From positions 800,001 through 864,000 of the forward strand of contig CM000430.1 of the NCBI GenBank assembly GCA_000165345.1: a DNA stretch of 64,000 nucleotides. Reading direction: 5' to 3'. Under the pieces are notes generated by a model. That model did not search any database. It was given only the letters and a program-made list of their open reading frames with translations, and was not told the DNA's origin. The position numbers and the translations under genes were made by a program. Below are positions 42,302 through 53,605 of this stretch, piece after piece; position 1 is the stretch's first letter, and each line of letters begins with the position of its first letter.

Positions 42302-43432
42302 ATGGAAATTTTAAATCAAGTTGATATGAGCGTAGTAACAACTACTGCATCAAATTCTGAGTTTGTCGATTATTCAGCTTCAAATAATGCAAAGACATCT
42401 AGAGGTGAAGATAACGATTTGAGTAATTATTTGGAATCAAATAAAGAAAATTTGACATTAGATGAAACAAATATTAATGATTCTGACAATTTGCTATTTG
42501 AAAAGGATTTTCTGAGTGATAATAACAGGGAGAGCTTTTCTGAATATAATGGAAGTGATACAGAAATGGAAGGTTGTGAAGAGTTAGTTATGATGGTTCC
42601 AGATTTAGATTCTACACTTAAGTTTAAACATGATACTGAAAGATTCTTTATGACGTTATCGATCGCAGAGGCCGAATTGGATCTAGCAAAATCAGCCTCT
42701 AGAACATCAAAACTTGCTATGGGAGATGATTTTGATATTAGTAGCCGAGGTGGAACAAATTGTTTAAAAGAAATTAGAAACTATGTAGAAGAGTTGTTGG
42801 ATACTGTCAACGATGTCAGGGACTCTAATTTTGGAATTCAACGTATTGTTGAGGAATGTAATGAGATTTTACAACAAAGTGTTTCTCAAAGTAATCTTTC
42901 TCAGATCGATACTATGGATATGAACACTATCACTGATCAGAATCTAGTTTCTATTGAAAGACTAAAACTTCTTTGTGAAGCAATTTCTGAAGAAAATTCA
43001 AGATTAAAAAAAGAAATTGATATCTTAAATAATGAAAATGAGTTTTTGATTCATAAAGTAGACCATGAAGAGGAGTCTAGCTTACAAGAAGAGAAAAGGC
43101 CTTATAATTATTTTAGGAATAATCCTATCATGAGATTATTCTTTTTTATATTTGTTTTAGCAATGTTTAGTCCTGCTAATATTTCAAATGGTTTCCAGAA
43201 AGCCCAGGTATTCGAACAGCAATCTGGTTTTTCTGAAATTGCTCCAGAATTCCCTGATAGAGACTACAAATTTTCAAAAATCAATACTTTGCAACTACTC
43301 GAGAAGTCTCTTAAAGGACTCAAATTTGAGGATATTTCCTCACAAGGTCATCCAGATACTATTTCTATATGTTCCATTCTGTCTGAGTTGGATGTTTTAG
43401 AAAAATGTTTTACAAGAATCAGACTTTCTTAG
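42302..43432 (+). CDS. Hypothetical coiled-coil protein with a hydrophobic segment near the C-terminus
   Basis: 376 aa with an ATG start. The middle is heptad-rich (LKLLCEAISEENSRLKKEIDILNNENEFL). A TM-like segment is LFFFIFVLAMFSPANI. The E2F-like TTCGGCGCCAAAAAA lies about 180 bp upstream at 42114-42128. Confidence 0.5.
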   Translation: MEILNQVDMSVVTTTASNSEFVDYSASNNAKTSRGEDNDLSNYLESNKENLTLDETNINDSDNLLFEKDFLSDNNRESFSEYNGSDTEMEGCEELVMMVPDLDSTLKFKHDTERFFMTLSIAEAELDLAKSASRTSKLAMGDDFDISSRGGTNCLKEIRNYVEELLDTVNDVRDSNFGIQRIVEECNEILQQSVSQSNLSQIDTMDMNTITDQNLVSIERLKLLCEAISEENSRLKKEIDILNNENEFLIHKVDHEEESSLQEEKRPYNYFRNNPIMRLFFFIFVLAMFSPANISNGFQKAQVFEQQSGFSEIAPEFPDRDYKFSKINTLQLLEKSLKGLKFEDISSQGHPDTISICSILSELDVLEKCFTRIRLS

Positions 43433-44158
43433 AACATGCAACATCATTATATAAATATATATACGTGCACAGTATATATTATATTTATTATTTCTATAAT
43501 AGGTTAGAAATTATCTTAAAAAAAAAAAAACGTTATATTTTTTCCCTTCCCACTTAATATATATATATATATTTCTTATTTTTTTCTCCTTCAGTCATGA
43601 ACAACATAATTGATATAATAATGAAAAAAGAAAAGTTACACGCATTTCATAAGTATTTTATTAAGAGAATCAGCTTAATAGTCAGCTGTGCGCGCCTAAT
43701 TATTCAATTACATGCAAATTAAAATGCAAATTTTTCTCCCATTATTTTTTTTTTTTCATGCAATGAATTTACTGATGTCTGTTTTCATTTTAAAAACAAC
43801 AAAATAATTATTTTATTTCCCGCTCATCTCGAATAATTTATTAGGCGGGCTATTTGCGAATTTTAATAGTAACAATAGAAGTAGGGCTCGAAGATGATTA
43901 TCGAGTCCAAATATAAATAATGAAATGATATTTAAATGGTTAGGTTTTTAGTAATGATATTAATAGAAATAATAAAATCTCTCCATCAAAAAATTGCAAA
44001 TTAGTGTTAAATTTATGTTTGATTTTTTCATACATTAAAAAAAAAGAAATAGTAAATTTTTATTATTTTAAAAATCGTTGAAGTTAAAAAAAAAAAAAAA
44101 ATTAGAAAGAAATTGTAAATAAATATTTATTTAAAGAAGATAATAGTAAGGAAGAAAA

Positions 44159-46078
44159 ATGGCTAATAGATTTCTTATTTTGAATATCATCTTATTGTTA
44201 ACCGGGGTATTATCACAAGATTCATTAAGGTAGTGTTTAAATTATTATAAAAACCATTTATGTATCATTTGATTACAAAATGGTTTAAAATTCTTTTTTT
44301 TTCTTTTTTAACTGGGGTTTATCTTTTAATATCTTATTTGAATTTAAATAAATTCTAGATCATCAAATGAATCTTTACAATTACTTGACGAGGCTATTAA
44401 CACAAATGATACATTCTTTGATACAAATAATGATACATCATTACATCAAAGTAAGTTTTCCTTAGTTTATTATTAATTAATTGAATAATTAACAAAAAAA
44501 ATTAAAGATTTCACCTTAGATAAAGTAAAAATTAAAAATAAAATAAATAGCGATAATGAAAATAAGAACAAAACCAGCATTAAAACCAAAATTGAAGAAG
44601 AATCTGATGAATCTTTGACAAATTTGGAGTATAATTCCGAAAATAATAATACCAATTTTATAATGCCTTTCCAAAATAATATTTTAAAACTAATTGATCA
44701 TCTTAGCATTAATATTGGAAAGATCAGTTTTGAAGGACTTAAGAATGTTATTAAAGGAAAATACGTTATTAATCCAATTATTAGCACAGAAAAAGAAACA
44801 ACTTTGGTAGATCAGAATACTGTGAGCGATGGTTTTGAAGGGGATTCATCAACTTCTTCTAATGGTACTGCTGAGCCAAAACCAGAATTATCTAAATATC
44901 CTGATGTTACTGTATTACCAACAGAAGTCTTCATTCCAGAAAATACCAAATCTTTTGAACCTGCTCATGCAAGAGGAGCTCTTGGTGTTATGCCATTGCC
45001 AATGCAACTACCACCACAACCACCAGCATCTCATTCTGAAGACAATTCACAAATTTCAACAATTATTATCAATGAATCAAACAACCATGGTGAACATATT
45101 CCCGAGACTGAAACAGCTTCAGAACAAGGTTTTGGTGGAAGGGATGATACATATGGACCAAATAATAAATATCATCATCATCATCATCATCATCATCCTT
45201 CTTATAATCATCATCATAAACATCATCACCAACACCGTCCACACCATCCACCATTTAATGGAGACAATTCCAGTTCATCATCGACATCAACTTCTTCTAC
45301 CTCTACTTCAACTTCAACTTCAACAACATCAACATCAACATCAACAACTACAACTACAACTACTACAACAACTACAACAACTACAACTACAACAAACGAA
45401 GAAGTGAATGCAGTTAAAAATATTGCTCAAAAGAGAAATTTAAGAAGATTAAAGAAAGTAGTTTTAGAAGATGAGGAAGATGAAGATGATGAATATCTAG
45501 ATGAAATTGAACAAGAAAGAGAAGACTCTAAAGAGGGTAATCAAGTAACTGAAGTTGGATTACAAATAACAATGCCTATAATAACTTTAATTGCTTCAGA
45601 AACTAAATATTGCGGAAATGGAGTTGAATATTTGAACGAATTATCTCTTAAATTTAGAGAAACAATTGGAAAATTATTTGATTTATCTTATGAAGAAGTA
45701 TTTATTGTTAAAATGACTTCTACAAATAAATCATTTGTAAATTGCAATGACAAGAATGCAGTACAAAAGGACAAATCTGGAGTTAAATTCACCTTTGTGT
45801 AAGTTTGTTTGATATATTTAATAACATTTCTAACATCAAATTTGTAGGATTGGAACAAAAATGGAAGGCTCACACATATTTAAAGTTTTGGAATTAGCAA
45901 TCAAGGATAAAGAATCTTTCCTTGTAAAAGAATTTGGAAAGGTAAGTTTTGTTCATAAAGAAGAATTTAAAGAAAATAATTCTTCTTATTTAAAATGATT
46001 AATTTTATTATTTTTACTAAATTATACTGAAAATTTCAATAGATTGGCTTCATTCAAATCTCTAAAAATATCGCATAA
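44159..46078 (+). CDS. Secreted His-rich / Thr-Ser-rich mucin-like protein, 5 exons
   Basis: Exon 1 (44159-44229) encodes the signal peptide MANRFLILNIILLLTGVLSQ. Exon 2 is 44359-44450. Exon 3 is about 44508-45798 and holds the body of ORF 44615..45802, with HHHHHHHHH, HHKHHHQHRPHH, (ST)n and a poly-Thr run. Exon 4 is 45848-45941 and exon 5 is 46043-46078. All introns run GTAAGT to YAG and phases are consistent. Confidence 0.5.
45172..45400 (+). repeat. Coding microsatellites: (CAT)n for poly-His, (TCAACA/ACTTCA)n for a Ser-Thr repeat, (ACAACT)n for poly-Thr
   Basis: Direct repeats in exon 3 of the mucin-like gene. Confidence 0.7.
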
Positions 46079-46799
46079 TTTGGTTTCATCATACGCATTA
46101 ACATAACTAATATGATGACCCCTTCCCACAAGAAATTCCCGCCTAAACGAGATGTCAATAACTACATATTTTTTTTTCTAATTTTATCGAGAAGAAATTG
46201 ATTTTTTTAAAAAATTGTTTTCATTCTCAATAAATTGAAAGTTTTTTGACGTAAATTTGTGTCCAAATAACTCAATTATTTTAGAAATGGCTTTTTAAAT
46301 AAAATATTGTGGGTTAATGTTGATTTGTTTGTTTATGTTTTCTTTTTTAATTAATTACTGTATTCCAAATTCGTGATGCTACTATTACATGCATTTTTAA
46401 TAGGAATAGTTGTTAAAGAGTATTATTAAAGCCCGCCCCACATATAGAAACATGCATGTATTTAAAGCGCCAAATATGAAGGAATATTTAAAAAAAAAAA
46501 AATAAATGCGAGTGCATAAATATAGTAAAAATGGTAATTTGAACAATAAAATGAAATAAGAAGCAATATATATAAGTATTAGCCAAATATTTAATTGTAG
46601 ATCTTCAATTATTAAGAGTTGAATTAATTTAGTTATAATGGGAGTGTAAGGTAAAGAATAAGAGAAAAAAGAAAATAAACAAAAGTAAAATAAAATAATT
46701 ATATTAAAAATAAATTAAATAATAAAAAAAAAAATACTGAAATAGCATAATTTATAAAATTATATTAAATCTCAACATCCATAATTCTTATTGATCCTC

Positions 46800-47114
46800 T
46801 CAAGAGTGTTGATTATTACTTTCATTGTTATGATGAGCATGAGAGTTATTTGTTACAAAATTGGAATATTCATGAAATGAAATAGTTCCAGAGTTATCAA
46901 CATCAATTTCCCAGAAAAATTGATGTAGCTCTTGTAAAGTTACAGAAGTTCTTATAATTCGAATTTCTTGAGCATCTATATACCCATCACGGTTTAAATC
47001 AAATTCTGAAAACTCTTTTTCAGTTTGAGAAAGTTCCGACTTGACACCATCAATTACTTGATTTATTACCAACAATATTGCAAAAAACAAATATGTCAAA
47101 AATCCTTTCGTCAT
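46800..47114 (-). CDS. Small EF-hand calcium-binding protein with an N-terminal signal/anchor
   Basis: The first ATG gives MTKGFLTYLFFAILLVINQVI; the track begins upstream at a TTG at 47168. Two canonical EF-hand loops are present: DLNRDGYIDAQE and DVDNSGTISFHE. An E2F-like TTTGGCGCCAAATT lies at 47353-47366 upstream. Confidence 0.6.
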   Translation of the reverse strand: MTKGFLTYLFFAILLVINQVIDGVKSELSQTEKEFSEFDLNRDGYIDAQEIRIIRTSVTLQELHQFFWEIDVDNSGTISFHEYSNFVTNNSHAHHNNESNNQHS

Positions 47115-47352
47115 TTTACTTGAATCTTTTTGCAATAAAATAACACCTTGAAGAATGCTTTTACTCAAATTTCATATGAAAGCAAAATCTTGGAAATAAA
47201 CACGTACATATATAAGTGTATATACTTATATTTAAATATACATATATATGCCCAGATATTTTAAAATATATTTTTATAAATATATTTTCTTAATTTATTT
47301 TTTCTGTCAATATCCTTCACTCACAAATTTGCCCCTTATTCTATATTGTCAA

Positions 47353-47366
47353 TTTGGCGCCAAATT
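47353..47366. promoter_or_regulatory. E2F-like site TTTGGCGCCAAATT upstream of the EF-hand gene
   Basis: Lies in the 220-bp spacer between the genes at 46800..47114 and 47392..48501. Confidence 0.4.
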
Positions 47367-47391
47367 AGCGCAATGCTACCGCCTATATTAA

Positions 47392-48501
47392 TTAATTATT
47401 ACCATTTTTGTTGGCTAGTTTATATATAATTGATTTAAATAACATTTGATTTCTTCCAGAATTTCCCGTTTGTTTTTCAAAATTTTCGATAATTTTTGAA
47501 ACTCGATTCCAGTCTATATCTTCAAGAGAGGATTGGAGGTTGTTGTTGACTTTAATTTTGTTAGATTCCACACAAGTCTCACTGTTGTTTTTATCTAAAC
47601 TATTATTATTTGTTTCTTCTTTTGATTCGCATAATGGATTATGGTCTGATATATTTGTCTCGGATTTTTTCCTCTCAGATTTTCCTGGAGGGACTAATTC
47701 ATTTTCTTTATCACAACTTAATTCGTTCAAATTTTTATTATTTTGAATGTAAGGATTTGCATTCTCATAGTTATTAAGTGGTGGATTTTCAAATTGAAGT
47801 TCCTTATTACCAGGAGTTTCATTCTCGATATTAAAGTTTCCTTTATTGATTTGTTTTTCTTCTTGGATTCCAAATAAATTTTCAGAAATGCTATTTTTCT
47901 TTGTTTCAATAATTTGTTCAGGATCTTTTTCCTCCCTATAATAAGCTTCTTCTTTCTGGAGCAAAATATCCTCCTCACCTTGAACTAATCCTATCTTTTT
48001 TTCTTCTTCTTCTTCATATCTTTCATCTTCTCCATTATTTGTTTTTCTATTTGATCTAGATAAAGAAAATATATCTTCATTACTTTCAAATTTGTTATCC
48101 ATTTCAAAATCATCATTAAATTCATTTCCATTCAAATTATTATTAAACTCATGAAAATCAATTCCTCCTACCATGGCAAAAGCATTACTAATTCTTTTCT
48201 GATTTGATTTCATAATATCAACTTTGTCTCCTATTTCATCTTCTCTTTTTCTTTCTATTCCAAAAATTACTTCATCCTCCCTGTTTTCGTCTTCAAAAGG
48301 ATTCCTTTCCTTATTATAACTGCTATTAAATAATGATTCACTATTACTTATTCTTTTTTCATCAACTGAAAATATATCTTCTTCTTCATTTACTTTCTCA
48401 GTTTCATCATCTCCACCCAGTAAATCATCAAAAATATTCGGTCTTTTATTTATTTCCATTCTATTCATATTACTAATAATATCATCATCAAAATACTCCA
48501 T
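47392..48501 (-). CDS. Hypothetical acidic low-complexity protein (369 aa)
   Basis: ATG at 48501. The protein is Glu/Asp/Asn-rich with no recognisable domain. An E2F-like GCCCGCCTAA lies about 210 bp upstream at 48709-48718. Confidence 0.5.
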   Translation of the reverse strand: MEYFDDDIISNMNRMEINKRPNIFDDLLGGDDETEKVNEEEDIFSVDEKRISNSESLFNSSYNKERNPFEDENREDEVIFGIERKREDEIGDKVDIMKSNQKRISNAFAMVGGIDFHEFNNNLNGNEFNDDFEMDNKFESNEDIFSLSRSNRKTNNGEDERYEEEEEKKIGLVQGEEDILLQKEEAYYREEKDPEQIIETKKNSISENLFGIQEEKQINKGNFNIENETPGNKELQFENPPLNNYENANPYIQNNKNLNELSCDKENELVPPGKSERKKSETNISDHNPLCESKEETNNNSLDKNNSETCVESNKIKVNNNLQSSLEDIDWNRVSKIIENFEKQTGNSGRNQMLFKSIIYKLANKNGNN

Positions 48502-49264
48502 TTTTCAAATCACTTATATTAACGTTAAATTCTTCACTTCTTGATTTAACCTTCTCTAAATCTTCTTCTATCACCCTGAAATCCACTTTTCTATTGATTT
48601 CTCCTTATTCCCTTTTAATTAGTATTTTTATTTTACACCAAATTTCACTTTTGCATATAAATTAATAATTATTGGATCTTCTTTAAACAATTTTAGCTAT
48701 TAACAAAAGCCCGCCTAATGGTAACTTAAATTGCATGTACTATTGGTAGCAACAATATAATAATAATTACATTAATATTAATATTAGCAAAAATTGATCA
48801 GTATCTCACTAGTACTTTGAAAAACTAAATTCTTAGTTAAGTTTATGAAACTTTAGAATTTATCACTGAATTAAAGTAAAAATTGTTTTCATTGCCACTT
48901 TTTTTCTGAATATATATTTGTTTATTAATAATAAAAAAAAATTACAGCCTATTTAACATGCATGCAGATTTGAATTAAAAATAAAATAGTTGCCAAATTT
49001 TAATAATACTAAAATTCGAGATTGAAATGCTGTATATTTTAATTTGTGTTACATAAATATATATATTTCAATGATAAATATATATAATTTCATCTTGATT
49101 TTAAGCTAGCCAAATTTCAATGCAATTTTCAGGGTAATAATGCATTATCTCTGTATGCTAGATAACAAAGTTAAATCCCTAATGGAATTAATTGTCTAAT
49201 TAATACTAAATAGTAATAGTTGTATTATTATCAAAGACAAAATTCAGTTTTTATTAAAGCAAAT

Positions 49265-50792
49265 ATGAGTAAAAGTTCTTCTAAAGAACTTAAAGTAGTA
49301 CACTCCAAAGAAAAGCTAAATAATAAGTTATTTCATGAGTTTAATTCCCATACAATTTCTACAAATGATTCGAGAGATAATGAAGATTCTTTATTAGCAA
49401 TTTCATCTATTAATGCAATACCTACATCACTTAAAATATCAAAAAAACATACAACTTCAAAAATAAATAATCAAATTGTCAATAACTCTTATAACTCAGT
49501 TATAGGAGAAGAAAATGAAGAAAAAGAATACTCTTATAATAAATTTAAGAGTCAAGAGTTAGATCATCAAGAAATCAAAAAGAGTAATACAGGACAAAAA
49601 AAAAAGAAATGGCATCAAAAATTCAAACTTTCTTTTTTACTTTTTAGTTATAACAAGAATATTGAAAAAAATAAAGTTAAGTCTATTAAAGACAATTCAA
49701 ATATAAATAAAATGGAACAAAACAAAGAAAATATGAATAGTTATAACCATAAGCATAGTTGGACTTTACCACTTAAAGATTTTACTTCAAGTACGAAAAA
49801 AGAAAATTTTGAATCAAATAACTCCAATTTGAGTATTGGAAACAATCATATTGCTTTTTCTACTCAAACTTGTTCATCTTCATTACCTAAATCTTTGAAC
49901 TCACATATATCTTACATTCCCACAACCAAATCTCCTACATCATTTACAAATACTTCTTATATATCATCTTCACCATCGTCATCATCATCTTCATCCTCCT
50001 CATCATCATCTTCTTCTTCCTCAGCTTCATTTTTAACACCATCATCATCAACTCAGTTATTTTCACCAAAAATGTCTTTAATATCGTCTTATATTACTCA
50101 AGAAGAAGAAGTATTAGAAGCAGGAATTTACGATAAAGATAATTTAGGTAGGAATGGTTTTAGTTTAAGAAGTATTACTGGCGATAGGGAAAGTATTATA
50201 TATGATGAAGACTATGAGTCTTATTTAGAAAGTACAATTAAAGAACCATTTTTGGAACCACAAAGAAGAGAATATATTGGAAGGAAGACTCTAGTTTTGG
50301 ATCTAGATGAAACTTTAATTCATAGCTCATTCCAGCCAATCAGAAATGCTTCTTTTACTATCAATATTGAGATTGATGGAGATTATTACGATGTATACGT
50401 ATTAAAAAGGCCAGGAGTTGATAAATTTTTGAATATTGTTTCAGCAATATTTGAGGTTGTTATTTTTACTGCTAGCTTATCAAAATATGCTAATCCACTT
50501 TTGGATAGACTTGACCCAATGAATAAATGCCCTTATCGTCTATTTAGAGAGAATTGTACTGTAGAGGGAAATTCCTATATCAAAGATTTATCTAAGCTTG
50601 GAAGACCTCTTAAAGATATAATAATTATTGATAACTCACCTATATCATATATTCTTCAACCTGAAAATGCTATCCCAATTTCATCATGGTAAGATTTTAA
50701 TTTTCACCTTAATTAATTAACTTAAGCTTGAAATCTTTAGGTTTAGTGACGAAAGTGACACTCAGTTGATTGACCTTATTCCTCTTCTTGAA
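49265..50792 (+). CDS. NIF/FCP1-homology CTD-like small phosphatase (at least 2 exons; 3' end uncertain)
   Basis: The track ORF 49220 starts at a TTG; the ATG is at about 49265. The NIF motif I is [16 protein letters not shown], followed by the core ...[12 protein letters not shown]...FTAS...NSP. Exon 1 ends at ...SSW with a GTAAGA donor at 50689. Exon 2 (50741-50792) encodes [17 protein letters not shown], typical of the NIF C-terminus. A further short exon may follow. Confidence 0.7.
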
Positions 50793-51220
50793 GTAAGTTT
50801 ACTATCGATTCTAATAATAATATGAAAAAAAGTGTGAGAGTAGTATATATAATTTGTAACTCATTAAAACACTATTCAATAGATACAGCAATATATATAT
50901 GTTGTATTTATAGTCTTTTGCATTATATTAGAATCATCATTAATATATATATAATTCTAAATTACTCATTAAAGATGATTGCTCAAGGACATCCAACCTT
51001 ATCTACTTCATTTGGAAGTATAAGTGATTATTATATATCTGATAATAGTAATAATAAAGAGCAGACAGAACTTATTGAATTTAGCAGTTCTTCTACAATC
51101 TATGTTGAATCATCATTTTATCATCCAAAAGAACTCTACTATTATTGACTTTACTCAATAAAATCTACATTAATTTAATATAATATAATTGATTTACAAT
51201 GGGTTCTACTAGTTTCCTCA

Positions 51221-51637
51221 CTATTTTATAAAGTTCTTTATTAAATTACTAACTGCAATAATTTTATATGCTACATTCATATACTTATTTAGTTGTATTT
51301 TACAATATTTACATGATTCCTTTGTTTTTTGTATTTCAATACTTTCCTCATCGTCTAAATCTGATGTATCCTTATTCCATTCTTTTACCAATTTATTAAA
51401 TATCTAAAAGTTTAATTAAAATAAAAATTAATCAAATATTTGTAAATGTTTAATAATTATTGTTTCTTTCCAAGTGTAATTCTAGGCTTGCACAAAATTG
51501 ACAAAAAGCCACTTTTGGCGCCAATGTTATATAAATATATATATAAAATTGCACAAATGCATGCAAACCTGAATTAATGAAAAACTTACCCCAGAAAAGT
51601 CTTCAGGATCTTTCGACTCTTTAATCACCTTTTTCAT
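51221..51637 (-). CDS. Candidate small 2-exon gene (about 77 aa, CKYC motif), or alternatively the 3' exons of the upstream 601-aa gene
   Basis: ATG at 51637..51635. Exon 1 (51637-51590) encodes MKKVIKESKDPEDFSG. An intron runs from GTAAGT to CTTTTAG. Exon 2 (51403-51221) encodes IFNKLVKEWNKDTSDLDDEESIEIQKTKESCKYCKIQLNKYMNVAYKIIAVSNLIKNFIK*. Confidence 0.25.
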
Positions 51638-51799
51638 TCTAAGATAGCAGTAAATACTAATTTCATCAGGAATACCCTGTAAATATAAATTTTGTTAGTT
51701 ATTGTTAATGAAAAAAAAATTGTGGCTTCCCGCCAAAAAATGCAATTTACATGCAATATAGAATAAAGAGGGAAAACCAATAGAATAGTGGGGTAGATA

Positions 51800-53605
51800 T
51801 TATAAATATAAACTTACGCTTGGGAATGCGTTGTTAATTGAAAATTCACTTGTAGCAGATTCTACAATTGCTTCAAACATATCATCTTCTTCATTTCCTG
51901 TATAATCATTTTCTTCAGCACCATGAAAATGGTCACTATTTGCACATTTTGCAAAATCTGATGATAATTCAGAGCTATCTCTTTTGCGTTTCCCGCCTGT
52001 TCCTGTTGTAGAACCACCAAAAGAATTTTGTTGACCTCTAATTATTTGACCTGTCAATTTTGAATAAAGAGTGTATAGTTTCTCAATAATTAAGTCTGTA
52101 TTGATTTTAGAGGGTAAACTATTATTAGGATTTGATTGTTCTGAATATTCTAGTAGTTTAAAATCTATTTCATTAATTCTTTGTATAATTGCAAGAATAT
52201 AGTGAATATAATTTAGTTTAGGAATTTCATCTTGGCTTTTTGAGAAAGTATCAATAATCTGATTAAAATCAACTTTTTGAATGTTGAAATCTTCATTTGT
52301 ACAACCAAAAATCGATTCTTTGTGATTATTAACTTCATTAATAAGATCCTGACAGTTTTGTAATAAATTATTAGAATCTTGCATTGGAATTTTTGAGTTT
52401 TCAAGATTAACATTAGAATTCTGTAAAAAAGATATTCTAAGTGCATTTTCAACTAACGAGGAAATAATATCATTCAAAATAAAGCTGAAAAGTTGAAGGG
52501 AATTAGATGGTATTTGAGAAACTTTAGTTTCTTTAAGCCCATTATTATATGTAGTATTCCAAGTAATTGAGAGCCATTCCTGCAGAGTGTTTATAGAAGG
52601 TCTAAAATTCTTTTCTCTTAACATTGCAAATTCTTTATAAATCTCTGCTGACATATTTTTGGTTCTTATATCTCTTAGTTTAAGTCGATCTTCAAACCTT
52701 TTATCAATATTAATCATCATATTTGAGGGTAAATTATTATTATTATTAAAGTCAACACCATCATTTTCATCTAAATCATTTATTGCATCATCTTCTTTAA
52801 CTACTGAAGAAATACCTGTAATATCAGGATCTGTACCTTGAATCATACCATTTTCAGTATTTGAATTCATTCCTACATGTCTATGTGCTGATTTATTAAT
52901 TAATGTGTCATAATCAAATTTGCTTACTTCTTGTTTGTAGTATTCACTAAAATGTTTCTTTATCATACTATTTGTAAGTTTATTTGAAACTTTTTTTTTC
53001 TTTGAGTTGTTAATTAGGGAATTCCAAAATAGTGATATCCAAATATTTAAATAGGATTGTACTAACCTTACACTTTTTTCTTGACAATCTTTATTCTTTA
53101 AAAAAGGTCTGATATCACCTGCAATATACATTGTTCTAGATATTACAGAGTTTATCGGAGAAAATGTAGATACCATTAATTCTTGAAATATCTTATTTGA
53201 GTATAAGGATTGTGATGACAAACAAATTTCATCTTGATTTCCTTTTTCTGATTTTATAGTTGTTTCCTTATTTGCTTCTATTTCTAAAGGAATACATCTT
53301 GGATGAACAATTGAGGTTTCATTTTGGTTTTGACCCTTTATTGGAGAAGACGAAGAAATTTGCGAATCATCATTAACAATTTCAGTTTTTGATTTGTTAG
53401 GAGTGTTTTCTTTTGGATCTTCACTAACAGAATTGTTATTTTGAGTTGAGTTAGCTTTTTTATTTGATAGAATTGCAATCAGTTCTGACTTAATTCCAGT
53501 CGGAAGCTCACTAATAATTTTTGGCCAGGAGCTTTTTGGACATTTCAATAATTCCTCATGAATTTGAGAACTATTTAAGCCTTGAAACTTTGATAAATCT
53601 GCCAT
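51800..53605 (-). CDS. Hypothetical protein (601 aa); the 3' end may extend through two further exons
   Basis: ATG at 53605. The ORF ends at a TAA that overlaps a canonical donor (CCAAGC|GTAAGT at about 51818). In-frame candidate downstream exons lie at 51676-51590 and 51403-51221 (see findings). Confidence 0.55.
   Translation of the reverse strand: MADLSKFQGLNSSQIHEELLKCPKSSWPKIISELPTGIKSELIAILSNKKANSTQNNNSVSEDPKENTPNKSKTEIVNDDSQISSSSPIKGQNQNETSIVHPRCIPLEIEANKETTIKSEKGNQDEICLSSQSLYSNKIFQELMVSTFSPINSVISRTMYIAGDIRPFLKNKDCQEKSVRLVQSYLNIWISLFWNSLINNSKKKKVSNKLTNSMIKKHFSEYYKQEVSKFDYDTLINKSAHRHVGMNSNTENGMIQGTDPDITGISSVVKEDDAINDLDENDGVDFNNNNNLPSNMMINIDKRFEDRLKLRDIRTKNMSAEIYKEFAMLREKNFRPSINTLQEWLSITWNTTYNNGLKETKVSQIPSNSLQLFSFILNDIISSLVENALRISFLQNSNVNLENSKIPMQDSNNLLQNCQDLINEVNNHKESIFGCTNEDFNIQKVDFNQIIDTFSKSQDEIPKLNYIHYILAIIQRINEIDFKLLEYSEQSNPNNSLPSKINTDLIIEKLYTLYSKLTGQIIRGQQNSFGGSTTGTGGKRKRDSSELSSDFAKCANSDHFHGAEENDYTGNEEDDMFEAIVESATSEFSINNAFPSVSLYL

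Noticed and set aside
50822-51148. A 108-aa ORF (MKKSVRVVYIICNSLK...) downstream of the NIF phosphatase exons.
   Set aside because: Low-complexity, AT-driven ORF without a start-proximal motif. At most its 3' part might be a terminal exon of the phosphatase gene (see finding), but this is not supported well enough to call.
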